From positions 33,666,001-33,730,000 of the forward strand of contig NC_043000.1 in NCBI RefSeq assembly GCF_006345805.1: a stretch of 64,000 bases of DNA, in the 5' to 3' direction. Shown one piece after another: positions 24,311-36,282 of the stretch (positions are counted from its first letter, which is position 1; every line of letters starts with the position of its first letter). Source of the DNA: Octopus sinensis (Eukaryota). The notes below the pieces were generated by a model that was not told the DNA's origin, searched no databases, and saw only the letters and a list, made by a program, of their open reading frames with translations. A program made the translations under genes and the position numbers.

Positions 24311-24671
24311 CTTTATACAGAATGGAATATTGATTAATAAGTAAAAAGACAAACAAAAAACAACATCTACAGAGCTGCGTTTATTAGGTTACAGCTGTTT
24401 CATCATGGAAACGCAGTAACAGGTGTCAATCTGTATTCTTTTAACGCCATAGGGGCTATAATGAAGTACTTTTATAAAGAAAAGCGTTTTTTTAAATATA
24501 ATACACATAGAAACCATATAGACATATACAAACCCTGTGTATATAAATCACTATACATGGTCTTGTGTGGACACAGCCATTCTGTAAATGCATATCCACA
24601 TATATAAATTCATATACACACACACCACAATATATATACATATATGTATATATATGTGTGTTTATATACCC

Positions 24672-24735
<64 letters not shown>

Positions 24736-24740
24736 ATATC

Positions 24741-24909
24741 AGTATATGAAAGAATGGAGTTGAACGACTATTTAATAAATATCCTGTATCTCGACATATG
24801 TTCGAAGGCTGCATATTCCTTCGGAATAGGAATATGCAGCCTTCGAAACATATGTCGAGAATAAAGGATATTTGTTAACTAGTCGTTCAACTCCATTCTT
24901 TCATATACT
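24741..24909. repeat. ~170-bp hairpin (inverted duplication of a Penelope-like end)
   Basis: AGTATATGAAAGAATGGAGTTGAACGACTA...GGCTGCATATTCC mirrored by GGAATATGCAGCC...TAGTCGTTCAACTCCATTCTTTCATATACT. Confidence 0.85.
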
Positions 24910-25152
24910 TATAATTTTAAATAAACATACAAATTTCGCACGAAGACACGTAGTCTATGCCCTAGGGACGTAGCTTCAACCGTGTTCTTTCTGATGTGAA
25001 TTTGCTACCCAGGTATCGGTTATCTTTCGAATTATCCTTAATAGGATAATTCATTCAATTACTCAAATATATATATATATAATATATATTATATATATAT
25101 AACAAATCAAATTGCGATAAAATAAAAATAATTATAATCGCTGGCATTACTA

Positions 25153-25189
<37 letters not shown>

Positions 25190-25908
25190 TATATACATAC
25201 ACACATACATATACATACATGTGCCGACATAAGCATACAAACGATATATATATGCATATATACACACGTATATCTACATATTCACATTCAGACGAATGTA
25301 TATGCACACACAACCACAGACACATTCCTGCACATATACTTTTAAAGCTGCCCACCTCGCTGCTAATTCACGTCGACTTCCGACAATAATTGACAAGTAA
25401 GTACTAGTTTTTATGTCCAGGTCTTAAGAATTAGAATTTATGATTGAGATAAAGATACAAATCAGATACGCATGGCCAGATATGTCACCCTAAATGTCAG
25501 CAGAGCTGCTTACGATAAACACACAAATACACACACACACGCACAAACACATATGTCATATAATACATATATGCATAAAATATATGAATACTATATATTA
25601 TATATTGTTTATACATATTTATGCATATATATATATACGTATATATGCATAAATATGTATGCATAATTATGCATATGTATGCATATATACGTATATATAC
25701 GTACATGTATATGTATATGTAAATGTGTATATATATATATATATGTATATATATATACATACATATTCAAGACATCCATATACAATGCATAGAGTGCGAC
25801 ACGAGTACCTACTCACTCACACACACACACACGCACACAATCACACACACACACATGCAAACTCACACACTTACACTCACACGTACAAGTATGTATATGT
25901 ATATGTAA

Positions 25909-25945
<37 letters not shown>

Positions 25946-26639
25946 CATACATATTCAAGACATCCATATACAATGCATAGAGCGCGACACGTGTACCTAC
26001 ATACACACCAACACTCACACAAACTCACACACACAATCACACACACACACATGCAAACTCACACACTTACACTCACACACACACATACGTATATATTTCC
26101 TTAAGACATTCTGACGTGATTGTACACAATAAACCGACACGCTGTTTCCGGTAAAAAAAAAAAAAAAACTCCTGTTTTTATTTCGTAAAATTCTCTCATA
26201 ACATTGCCCAACGTAAGAGAGAAGAAGCAGTTTGCCAGGAGTGGAATATTAAAAGGTTAAGCTTGTCTTTAAACTAATATTGGTAAATCTAAAATATTGT
26301 CTTTTATTTGGAAACTGTAATATGTGCACACATCAATGACATTTCATGTAATTTCTCGCTAGTATTACAAAATGCAACTACTTTAAAATTGCATATGATG
26401 TCATAGTTGGCGTCCATTGTTGATTTGGTGATGTTATCTATGACATCATCAACGAGAGTTAAGTTGGAAATACTGCAATACGTCTTCGTTTACGTCAGCG
26501 GCCAATTGAATTTGCTTTTAGGATTCATTCTAATAGATATATAATATCAGTTTGTTCTCTTCAAATGTGTCTATTATGTCTGTGCTGCAATATTCTACCG
26601 CAAATGTGAAGATATTATTCTACTCATTACGAATAGAAT

Positions 26640-27543
26640 GTTGTGTCTATATTAAAAATGGTGAGAAGTGTAAAGGTTATTATTTTGTGGTATCAGTGAA
26701 GAGAAAGTGATTGTGGCCCTCCTGGAGAGATCGATATCCAGCATAGTTGATGTTAAGTTTAAACAGTGGTATGTTGTCAGTTGAAGGGAAGAAAATATGA
26801 CAAGAAGGGTATTTCGAAGAGTTTTTGGTTAGAGAAGTCGGGCGAATCAGAATAGAGTGAAATGGTAAAGATGACAAAAGGGGTGGAAATGACTGTGTCG
26901 GGTTGGATGGAAACCACAAAGTCCGAGGAGCAGAGGCCGTTGTAGAAGCAGTGTCAAAGGCAATGTGAAGTCACAAAGGTTATTATACTCTTGTGTGTGG
27001 CAGTGGAAGCACCGTCTCTGATTCGGCAGCGGTTGCCCATTGTGATTGTTTCTTGATTTTTGTAGAAAGTCATCAAATGCGTGGCGTACGGGGTACCTTC
27101 AAGCTGTGAAGGATAGGTTTCGAAACGTAATGCTTGTTGTGTCATCAATGTGGGATTACCAGTAGATATCCTTAGTGATTGCAAGTCTTAGCTTCTGTGG
27201 TTCTGTGAGGATTATAATTGCGTATCTTCCTAAAGTGCAGAGGATGCGGAGAAGTGGGAGTATTTCCTTCAGATGCCTAGGGATCCAATCTTTGGACTGT
27301 TCAAAGGGATTAGATTACTATGATTCTGCTGGTGTCCGGATTGTAAGCTAGAGGATGTCTGGGTGTATAAGATTAAGTAAAGCGCAGGAGTGGCTGTGTG
27401 GTAAGTAGCTTGCTTACCAACTACATGGTTCCGGATTCAGTCCCACTGCGTGGCACCTTGGGCAAGTGTCTTCTACTATAGCCTCGGGCCAACCAAAACT
27501 TCGTGAGTGGATTTGGTAGACGGAAACTGAAAGAAGCCAGTCG

Positions 27544-27588
<45 letters not shown>

Positions 27589-29500
27589 GTGTGTGTGTGT
27601 GTGTGTGTGAGTGTGTGTGCGCGTGTGTGTGTGTGTATATGTTTGTGTGTCTATGTTTGTCCCCCCAAAATCGCTTGACAACTGATGCTGGTGTGTTTAC
27701 GTCCCCGTCACTTAGCGGTTCGGCAAAAGAGACCGATAGAATAAGTACTATGCTTACAAAAAATAGGTCGCGGGGTCGATTTGCTCGACTAAAGGTGGTG
27801 CTCAAGCATGGCTGCAGTCAAATGACTGAAACAAATAAAAGAATAAGAAAAAAGAATAAAGCAAAGAGACATCATCTAGAGAATCGTGGGCGGTGTTTGA
27901 ATTGACAACAGGTATGTCGATAATATATACCATGGAGAGTGTGTGTGACATAACCGTATCTTGGGGTTCAAGAAAGTTGAATGAATGGGATTCAGGAGGA
28001 ATCCTTATCTGTAAATGGTAAAATGGGTGCTATGTATCAGGAAACTTGAACCGAGGGATGGAAGTCAGTTGGAAACCACTCAGGAAAGTTTTAGCCAGCG
28101 AGTTTCTTGTGTTGGGCATTGTCAAACGTTTTGCTGATGTCGAGCGGAACGACATTATTTTAACTGAATCTTTCAAAGGCGATTGACCACGGGTGAAGCC
28201 AGTCATCTTACTAATTTGAAGTAAATGGAAGTGTCTTTTTCTGTTTTTGCACTGTCACATTGCTCTGTACAAATTTTGGTATGTATCACACTCTTCGGTA
28301 GAGTTTTGTAGAATGCATGTTGTAAAAGAGTTGACTAAAAATCAAGAGGCAAATGCAGAATGTCGAATCTTTTCCTGTGATAGTGCAGAGTCTTGGAGAG
28401 TGACAGATTCCACTAACTTGGTAGAAATACTTTTAGCAATTTGAGGAACAGAATGTAAAACATTCTATACTATGACATGTACGAAGGTGTCCTTGAACTT
28501 TGGTTTGAAGTCTTGCATGGTTAATGGCAGAGAGTAAAAGATATCCAGCTGGTAGGGGAGGGTGATTGTCCTGCAGGCGTTGTACGCAGTGTATTCTTCG
28601 TTTGTGTTCCTATTCGGGAACCATTCGGAAATATTTGAAGTGGAAGGTTTTCGTTCTTTCAAGAGTGTGAAGTGATATGACAGAGGATATTTTCAGGTAT
28701 CTATGTTTCTATCTCAGATTGATCGGGAGTGAGACACATTTGCTGCCAGTGATAATGGTTAAAAGGCAGCAGAATAGCAGAATAGATTAACGGAAGCAAA
28801 GGCTGGCTACAAAGAGTATAGAAAAGTATAGAAAGCGGAGGGCAAGATAGAGGGGAGAGAAATCCACAAGCGGCAGATTATCAAGATACCTAGTCAACGA
28901 AATCCTTGAAAACCAAATGGTTATGTCTTTGATGGTTGCCATACAATACTGATGTATCAATATGACATTCATAATATGTAATTTAAAATTAAAAGAGAAT
29001 TCGTGGTCATCTTTTAATCTCCGAAGTCTACAGAAAAGTGTCACTAAGATCAGTTCCTATCACATCTGGAGAGGTTGCTAGGGAGTTGGCCGTTGTCCAT
29101 CAAGTAGGTTCTTTCCCTCATCAACACAAACGGTTCAAGAAGAAAACGTCAGAGGTCATGTGTATTGCACCAATGGTATGACGGATAATACTGGTGCCTT
29201 AGTGTGATATTGTTAGAATTATCCTGGGAACAGAACCAAATTGTCTCAAGGAATCGTTACTTTAATGTTGACCATAGTGATGGGGGTGGGGGACAATATT
29301 GGTGCCGTTAAATGAAAAATATATGACCGATGGCGTTCCAGCTGTGACCATCAAGAGAAAGAATATATCTATAGATCATTGCCAAAGGATCTATGTATCC
29401 AATTTCCTGACTGCACATTCATTATTATTAGAGTTAGGGTGGATTCAGAAGAACCATCAGGGAGGATGGTTTAAAATATTGATGACGTTGTCGATAATGA
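26640..29500 (-). mobile_element. old, heavily mutated LINE (CR1/Jockey group) interrupted by SINE D
   Basis: Minus-strand LDISKTFD near 28140 and PQ..V.S-like motif near 27960; continuous non-simple sequence with many stops. Confidence 0.5.
27381..27860 (+). mobile_element. SINE family D, full length, internal (AT)n(GT)n
   Basis: GCGCAGGAGTGGCTGTGTGGTAAG head, CORE-like GGCACCTTGGGCAAGTGTCTT, tail GGTGCTC.AGCATGG..GCAGTCAAATGACTGAAAC. Confidence 0.9.
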
Positions 29501-31229
29501 TCGATGAAGACAATTAGAGAAGTCTTTGAAAAAACATTCCTGGTGCGATTTATTTCATCATTTTTTTTGTTTTATCTGTGTTGTGTTCTTGAAGAATTAG
29601 TTTTATCGTACAAAATTGGTCAAAGATTGCTTTAATCAACTTGGAATCGAAACTGCTTAGGATCCTGCTGTTGCTGCTATTGTTGAGCTGTATTTCGCAT
29701 TACTATTCATACGTATGTGTATGAGTGTGTCTGTAAGTATATGAATGTGAGTGTGTGTGTGTGTGTGTTTAGCCACGTGTAATCTCACCTACGAAGACGT
29801 AAAAGCTCTTAGTAGAACATACTTTATAGTTATCAAAGTGTTTGATGTTTTCATTGAACAAGAAGACAATTTGGCAATAAAATTATTGATAATTGATCTA
29901 GGATTGATTGGGGCCATGTGTTAATGTAATTATATTCAAGATCGAATTCCTTGATAAATATTTTCTTCGATTTATAGAAAATTAAATGTACATAAAAATA
30001 ATTGTTATTTCCAAGTTTCCCAATAAAACTCGTAGTATTTCTTTTCAACACCAGTCGTATATTTATGCAAGTCTATTGCAGAGAATAAAAGCAATTTGCT
30101 ATGCTCAATAAAAAAAAAAAACTATTTTTATTTACCAAACTGTAATGTGTTCAGAAGCAATGGAATTTTCCTGCTGTAATTTCTCAGCTCTATAAAAAGT
30201 TCTCATTTTCCAATCTACCTTTTTTTTTTGCATTGAAGCACATTAACGGTTGTAATAATTCAGTGTTTAATACTGCAAAACGATGTTATTTGACGAGTTC
30301 CTCATACTTACAATGCTACGTTCATCTCTTTTATACTTGTAAGTACATATATATATATATATTTATAACCAATTCTTGATTCGCTTTTCAGTATTTCCAA
30401 TGAGTGAATGATGCCAGTTTGGTCGTTAGGTTGTAAGGAAGAGGTTGTTAAAATGCAAATAAATACAAAGTACACGTTTCTTTAGGTTGTTCTTTGTGCT
30501 GACGTTCCCTCTTTTAAATTTTAATGTATTTCACATGTTTGTTGTCTGAAACAAGGCCTTCATCTGGAATGTAGGAATTATGGAGATTTACATTTCTTCT
30601 CCATGAATCAGTATTCTGCTATGTTTTGATTCAAGTGACTTAATACGTACCCTGACACTTCAATAATGGTGGGTTACACCAGAAACTGTATTTTGGATAC
30701 AGGATCTATAGACACCTCACCATTGGTGCAGTAATTTTCACACCACAGTGATATCAAGCGAGTAATGTTTTTTCTTTCTTGGCCCGTAACATCATTATTA
30801 GATTGTCTGTATTTCCATTTGGTTCCTGATTTATTTTTGCTTCTACACATTCACTTCCTCCATCGACCTCACAATCTTTACCTACATTCACAGTTGTTTC
30901 TTTTCTTTGTTCTCTTTCACCTCAGTTCTGTTACTACATTGTAATTCACGAGGATGTAGAATCTTGTGAATCGCTATCTGCATAATTCGTGTCTGTTGGT
31001 ATTATATATATGCTAAGTACGCAGATATGTTCGTATGTCTATCTATATCTGTATGGCAGATGCGTATAGGTTCTTTTTCTCTTTAATTCAGACTTGATTT
31101 GGACCGGCCACCTACGTCGTAGTAAGATCGTCGAGGAAAGTATCTTGTTTTGTTCTTCATCCTTTAAATTTTAAGATCTTGCAGAATTTTATTGTCCCAA
31201 ACATCGCAATCATTTGTAGTGTATTAATT

Positions 31230-31520
31230 AAGAATTCACATTCTCTCCCCAAGAACCCAACAGCAGCCATACTTTGTCTCCGCTGAGTTTGCAAACGCCT
31301 TATCAATGATCCATTGACGTTCTATTTCTGTATTTTACAGACAACATTGGTATCCTGAGTACAGCTGATTTCTGCAAAATAGCCTATCTTTTTCTTGAGG
31401 TCCTACGCAACAATATTTTTCCGGTTGTGTTAAAACACAACTTGGTGGCTGTTTTAATTCTTATGTGCCACCAACATTTTTGACCCATTGGTCTCAATAT
31501 AGTCAATTTCTGAATAGTAG
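31230..31520 (-). mobile_element. RLE-type (R4/NeSL-like) LINE remnant
   Basis: Minus-strand WWHIRIKT...KKIGYFAEISCTQDTNV resembles an RLE PD-(D/E)xK region. Confidence 0.45.
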
Positions 31521-31569
31521 CAGGTTAGACTGCTGCTGCTGCTGCTGTTGCAGCTTTGCTGGTCGCCCA

Positions 31570-32652
31570 TAAGACATCTTTCGACGTAATTTGACGCCCA
31601 TTGGCATAAATATCTTGTTTAATGATGGACCAAAGATTTTCGATAGGATTGAGATCCGGAGATGTTAGCGGTCACACCATCAGTATTTCACCTTGTATGC
31701 TGTAAGACCCTATGAATGTTTGGGGGTCCTAGCAGAGAGGAAGGGAACGTTGTCATGCATGAATACGAGATTCCTTAGAAGTGACTACGGTATGTCATCT
31801 AGCTAGGGATCTAAGACCTCCTTCAGGAGACTGTAGTGGGCGGCTGCAGTCACTCTAACCTCTGCAGGCACTCTGACTGGGCCAACCAACCCACAACATG
31901 ACTTCTCCACCCTGTTGTTGACGTCATACACCTTGGTAACACTCATCTCCAGAACAGACCCAACCATTTACCCAACCGTCAGATTTGTCAAGAGTTGCTC
32001 TGGTTTCATCAGTGAACAGAACACAATTCATGTTAACGTCATGTACTTTTGGGCTCATTGAAGCCTCAAACTCCTGTGACGGAGTGTCAAAGGAAGCAGT
32101 TTCAGGGGCTCTCGCACAGAAGCCATGGTCTCGAGGATGCGATTTGTTGTGGTTATCAGTACACGAGGAAGGCCTGAGGTGGTGAAAATAGCTTGCTTCT
32201 TTGTCCAGGTTTCTCACGTAACTTGCAGCCAATATTCCTTAAATTCCCTAGCTGTCACAGTCTTGAAGGTCTCACAATCGGATCGTTTCTTCCTTGGCGA
32301 AGGGTCCTTCAAGAATCGTCTAACCGTGTCCACATGACGACCTAGCTTCTACGCAATTGCCATAAAGAGATGTGCCTTTAGAACTTTCCTTGATGATGAA
32401 AGACATTTCTTCATCGTTAAGGCCTTTTCTACGTTTCATTTTTCTTAGAGACGAGACGCCATTAGCGCGGTTCACCCAAAAACTGAAGAATCTGAAATAA
32501 AAAAGAAAGGACTTTGCACGGAATAATTAAAACATAACAATGGCGTTGTTATAGTGTGCAAACCAGCTGGGAAAAGTTTTATCAAAATCAATTCACAGAA
32601 AACAAAGAAATCCTAAACTTCACTCCTAAGCTAGTATCGTGGGTTCTAGGTG
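31570..32652 (-). mobile_element. Tc1-superfamily transposase pseudogene, DD37E (TRT-like)
   Basis: ATG at 32439 MKRRKGLNDEE..KLGRHVDTVRRFL (HTH), VLFTDETRATLDKSDGW, FMHDN, SPDLNPIENLWSIIK. 110 nt between the second D and E (37 codons less 1 nt). Confidence 0.85.
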
Positions 32653-32764
32653 TATATAATATACAACTTATAAAATTATACACACATGCTACGCACTCGC
32701 GCACCCGTGCACCCCCCACACAAACGCACACACACACGCACACTCACACACACACACACACACG

Positions 32765-32819
<55 letters not shown>

Positions 32820-33077
32820 ATCTAGATGTAACTGCAATGAATTTTAGTGATTTCTTATACAAGCAAACTGTTTCTCGTCTGAGACTCTACAAATGACATA
32901 TTTCTCATAACAAGGACCAGGCAATCACACTTCTGCGATTATTTCCATTACAGCAAACTTGCAGATATGGAAAAGGGTTCCCACACTCACACAACCAGAC
33001 GTCTTTGAAGTTCAACTCCTCGGATTCGGAGTCTTCCCACTTACATCTTTATACGTTGCTGTTGTTGTTACTGCTAC

Positions 33078-33712
33078 AAATCTTCTTCTCCTTCTTCTAC
33101 TTCTTTTTCTTCTTCTTCTTCTTCTTCTTCTTCTTCTTCTTCTTCTTCTTCTTCTTCTTCTTCTTCTTCTTTTTCTTCTCTTCTTCTTCTTTTTCTTCTT
33201 TTTATCTCTTCTTCTTTTCTTCTTCTCTTCTTTTCTTTTTCTTCTTATTCTTCTTCTTCTGCTACTTCTTATTCTTCTTCTTCTTCTTCTCTCTTCTTTT
33301 TTTCCTTCTTTTTTTCTCTATTCATCTTTATCGTTTTTTCCTCTTTCTCCCCTCCTCCTCTACCCCGTCAACTCGCATCCTCCCCTACCATCCTCCCCCC
33401 CCCCCCCCCCCCCCCTTCTCCTCCTCTCTTCCTCCTCGTTTGCCTCCTCCTCCTGCTCCTCCTCCTCCTGCTCCTGCTCCTCCATCTTCTTCTTCTTCAT
33501 CTTCTTCTCCTCCTTCCTCCTCCACCTCCTCCTCTTCATTTTTATCTTTTCTTCTTTCTCCTCTTCCTTTTCTCTTTATTCGTCTTTATCGTTTCTTCTT
33601 CTTTCTCCCCTTTTCCTCCCCCCTCCTCTTCACCTACCATTCTCCTCCTTATCACCCTCTCCTCCCCTCGTTCGTCTTCTTCTTCTTCTTCTTCTTCTTC
33701 TTCTTCTTCTCG
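33078..33712. repeat. long polypyrimidine (CTT)n/(CCT)n tract
   Basis: Read directly. Confidence 0.95.
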
Positions 33713-34004
33713 TTCACAAACATAATGGTATTCTTTTATAACAACTGAATTACTAACGCATATCAGCTGCAGCTTAGATATTTAACCTCGCAAATGTGTA
33801 CACAGAATATATATGTGTGTGAGTTTGTGTGTGTATGTAGATATACATGTATATACACACATATATCATTAATATACACACATATATCATTAATATTTAA
33901 AAAAATAATAATAAGTTAGGAAGCTTAACCAGTGATCTCTTAAGCACCACCAGCTCAAATATTTTCTCCTCTGTCTTCCCTCTTTGGGATCTTTCCTTCT
34001 CCTT

Positions 34005-34040
34005 GTTTCCGACGACGAGAGCTCGCTCGAAACGTTAAAC
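34005..34040 (+). ncRNA. minimal hammerhead ribozyme variant (CCGACGA core)
   Basis: GTTT-CCGACGA-cGAGagctcgCTC-GAAAC-GTT-AAAC; loopless palindromic stem III (AACGTT). Confidence 0.55.
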
Positions 34041-34159
34041 CTCCCTTCCCTTCTTTCTGAACGTCAATAATACTTTAATTGTTCCACGTCCTGCGTTGCT
34101 GTGTTTTTTTCTCCTTTTTTTTCTCTTTTTTCTGTGTTTTCTTGTTTGGATTAACTTTA

Positions 34160-34212
<53 letters not shown>

Positions 34213-34308
34213 TATATGTATATAGCTATAATGTATGTATATATATATATATCTATATTATATATATATATATCTATATAATTATATAATGTATATATAT
34301 ATATGTTG

Positions 34309-34340
<32 letters not shown>

Positions 34341-34407
34341 CTATATATATATATCTATATGAATATATATATATATGTATATATTATATATATGTATTTA
34401 TATATCC

Positions 34408-34700
34408 TTTTATTCTTTTACTTGTTTCAGTCATGATGGAACACCGCCTTTAGTCGAACAAATCGACCTCAGAAATTATTCTTTGTAAGCCCAGTACTTA
34501 TTCTATCGGTCTCTTTTGCCGAACCACTAAGTTACGAGTACGGAAATACACCAACATCGGCTGTCAGTTTCCCTCTACCAATTCCTCTCACAAGGCTTTG
34601 GTCGGCCCGAGGCAATAGTATAAGACACTTGCCCAAGGTGCCACGCAGTAGGACTGAACCCGGAAATATTTGGTTGGGAAGCAAGCCCCTTACCTGCGAT
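34408..34700 (-). mobile_element. SINE family D lacking the internal microsatellite
   Basis: Both conserved halves are joined directly near 34560. Confidence 0.85.
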
Positions 34701-34857
34701 TCTTACCCATACATGCATGCATACATACATACATACATACATACACACACATACACACACATATGTAATGTAACGTAAGGCAACCAAAAATTGCCTTCTT
34801 TTCTTTCTTTTCTTTTCTCTTACAGGCCTTCAAACTTGATTAATTATCTACTTACTT

Positions 34858-34940
34858 ATTCCTGATGAAGGTGACATGTCAGTGTGAATCTAAATGATAC
34901 ATACCTGCTGACTAATGGCCTCTAGAAACGGCCGTTGAGT
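34858..34940 (+). ncRNA. type I hammerhead ribozyme with extended stem II
   Basis: ATTC-CTGATGA-(AGG..GTCAG...CTGAC..CCT)-GAAAC-GGCC-GTT-GAGT; palindromic stem III AACGGCCGTT. Confidence 0.65.
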
Positions 34941-35163
34941 TGCTTCGTATTGACGTTATAACCCTCTATAAAACATTTCTTCAGAACTCTTTTAAATCCA
35001 TAATTAGGATTTCTCACTACTACCGACGCATTTTATAACTTTTAAACCTTATTTCAACGACTTTTAATCTTAAATTTAAATATAATATGATTTTTAAACG
35101 ATATTTCAACCTTTATTTATTTACTCTTTTCATGTACATAATTTTTACCTCATATAATTCTTA

Positions 35164-35392
35164 TCTACTATATATTTGTGAAAAGGGCGGATGTTGTCTC
35201 ACAAGCAGTTGTGCAAGCAAAATTGTAAGTAAATGTGGTCGGATTAATCTGCAAATTTGCACTCCTATGTTAAAAGTGCTGGGGAGTTTGCATGCAACTT
35301 TCAGTTTGCTCACATGAAAGGCATGGCCTCTAGGGCCTCATCTTTAAAATTTGGCCCGAGTAGACCCGAATGAAATCGGGTTATAATACTAG
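35164..35392 (+). mobile_element. non-autonomous Helitron
   Basis: A|TCTACTATATAT 5' end; 3' hairpin CCCGA-ATGAAA-TCGGG (35365-35380) followed by CTAG (35389-35392). Confidence 0.7.
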
Positions 35393-35800
35393 TCTATTAT
35401 ATAAAATCAATGTCTGTATGTTCGTGTATTACTTATAGACTCGAAAACTACTGGACCGATCCGAATGAAATTTGGAACACAAAATCCAAGCCTAGGGAGA
35501 AGGGTAATGCCGTATGTTTCATAAATTTTGAGAGGGCATAAAAGGGGGGCAGCCCTCCCCCTCCCCGTGAAAATTCATATGCTTCGAATTTTGATGAAAT
35601 TTGAACCATAGGTATCAGAAATAAAATTTTAAAATATACCTATATATATGATTCTAAGACCCTCGTAATGGAGGCTTAAATCTCAAATTTTAGTCATTTT
35701 TCATGGACCAAAATTACTGAATGGAGATTTTCGGAAGCAGAAAATGCAACAGATTCTTGGAGAATTTTTAAATATGAAACTATGAAAAAGCTAGTCTAAG
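35393..35800 (+). mobile_element. second Helitron-like element (5' part; 3' end uncertain)
   Basis: TCTATTATATAAAA start and AAAACTACTGGACCGATCCGAATGAAATTTGG motif typical of non-autonomous Helitrons. Confidence 0.6.
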
Positions 35801-36249
35801 CCAAAAGGACTAACAATCTCCTTCAACAATATCCAGCATTTTCCGCTATAATTTCATTATCTTCGCTGGACATAACTATTTTTCATAATTATATTTCTCG
35901 CTTGGTTTACCCCAAGAAGCAGTAAATTTCGGTTCACCTCTAAAGTGGCAACAGTCACTATTACTGTAATCCTCAGTTGGTTGTGTTTCAATCGTGTAGA
36001 ATGCACTTACTCTCATACAAACGTTTAGACAAACACAGACACACACACACACACACACATACAATTATATGTAAGAACGTATATGTGTGCGTGTGTATAT
36101 ACGCTTGTGCATATATATATATATATAAACGTGTGTGTACATTATATACATGTGATCGCTAGATGTCTGTTACGTATATGTATATGTATATATATAAGCA
36201 TATATATGCATGCATACCTATATATATATATATATAATAGATATGTATA

Positions 36250-36282
<33 letters not shown>

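Noticed and set aside
32959-33748. 260-aa and 247-aa hydrophobic ORFs
   Set aside because: Translation of the (CTT)/(CCT) tract.
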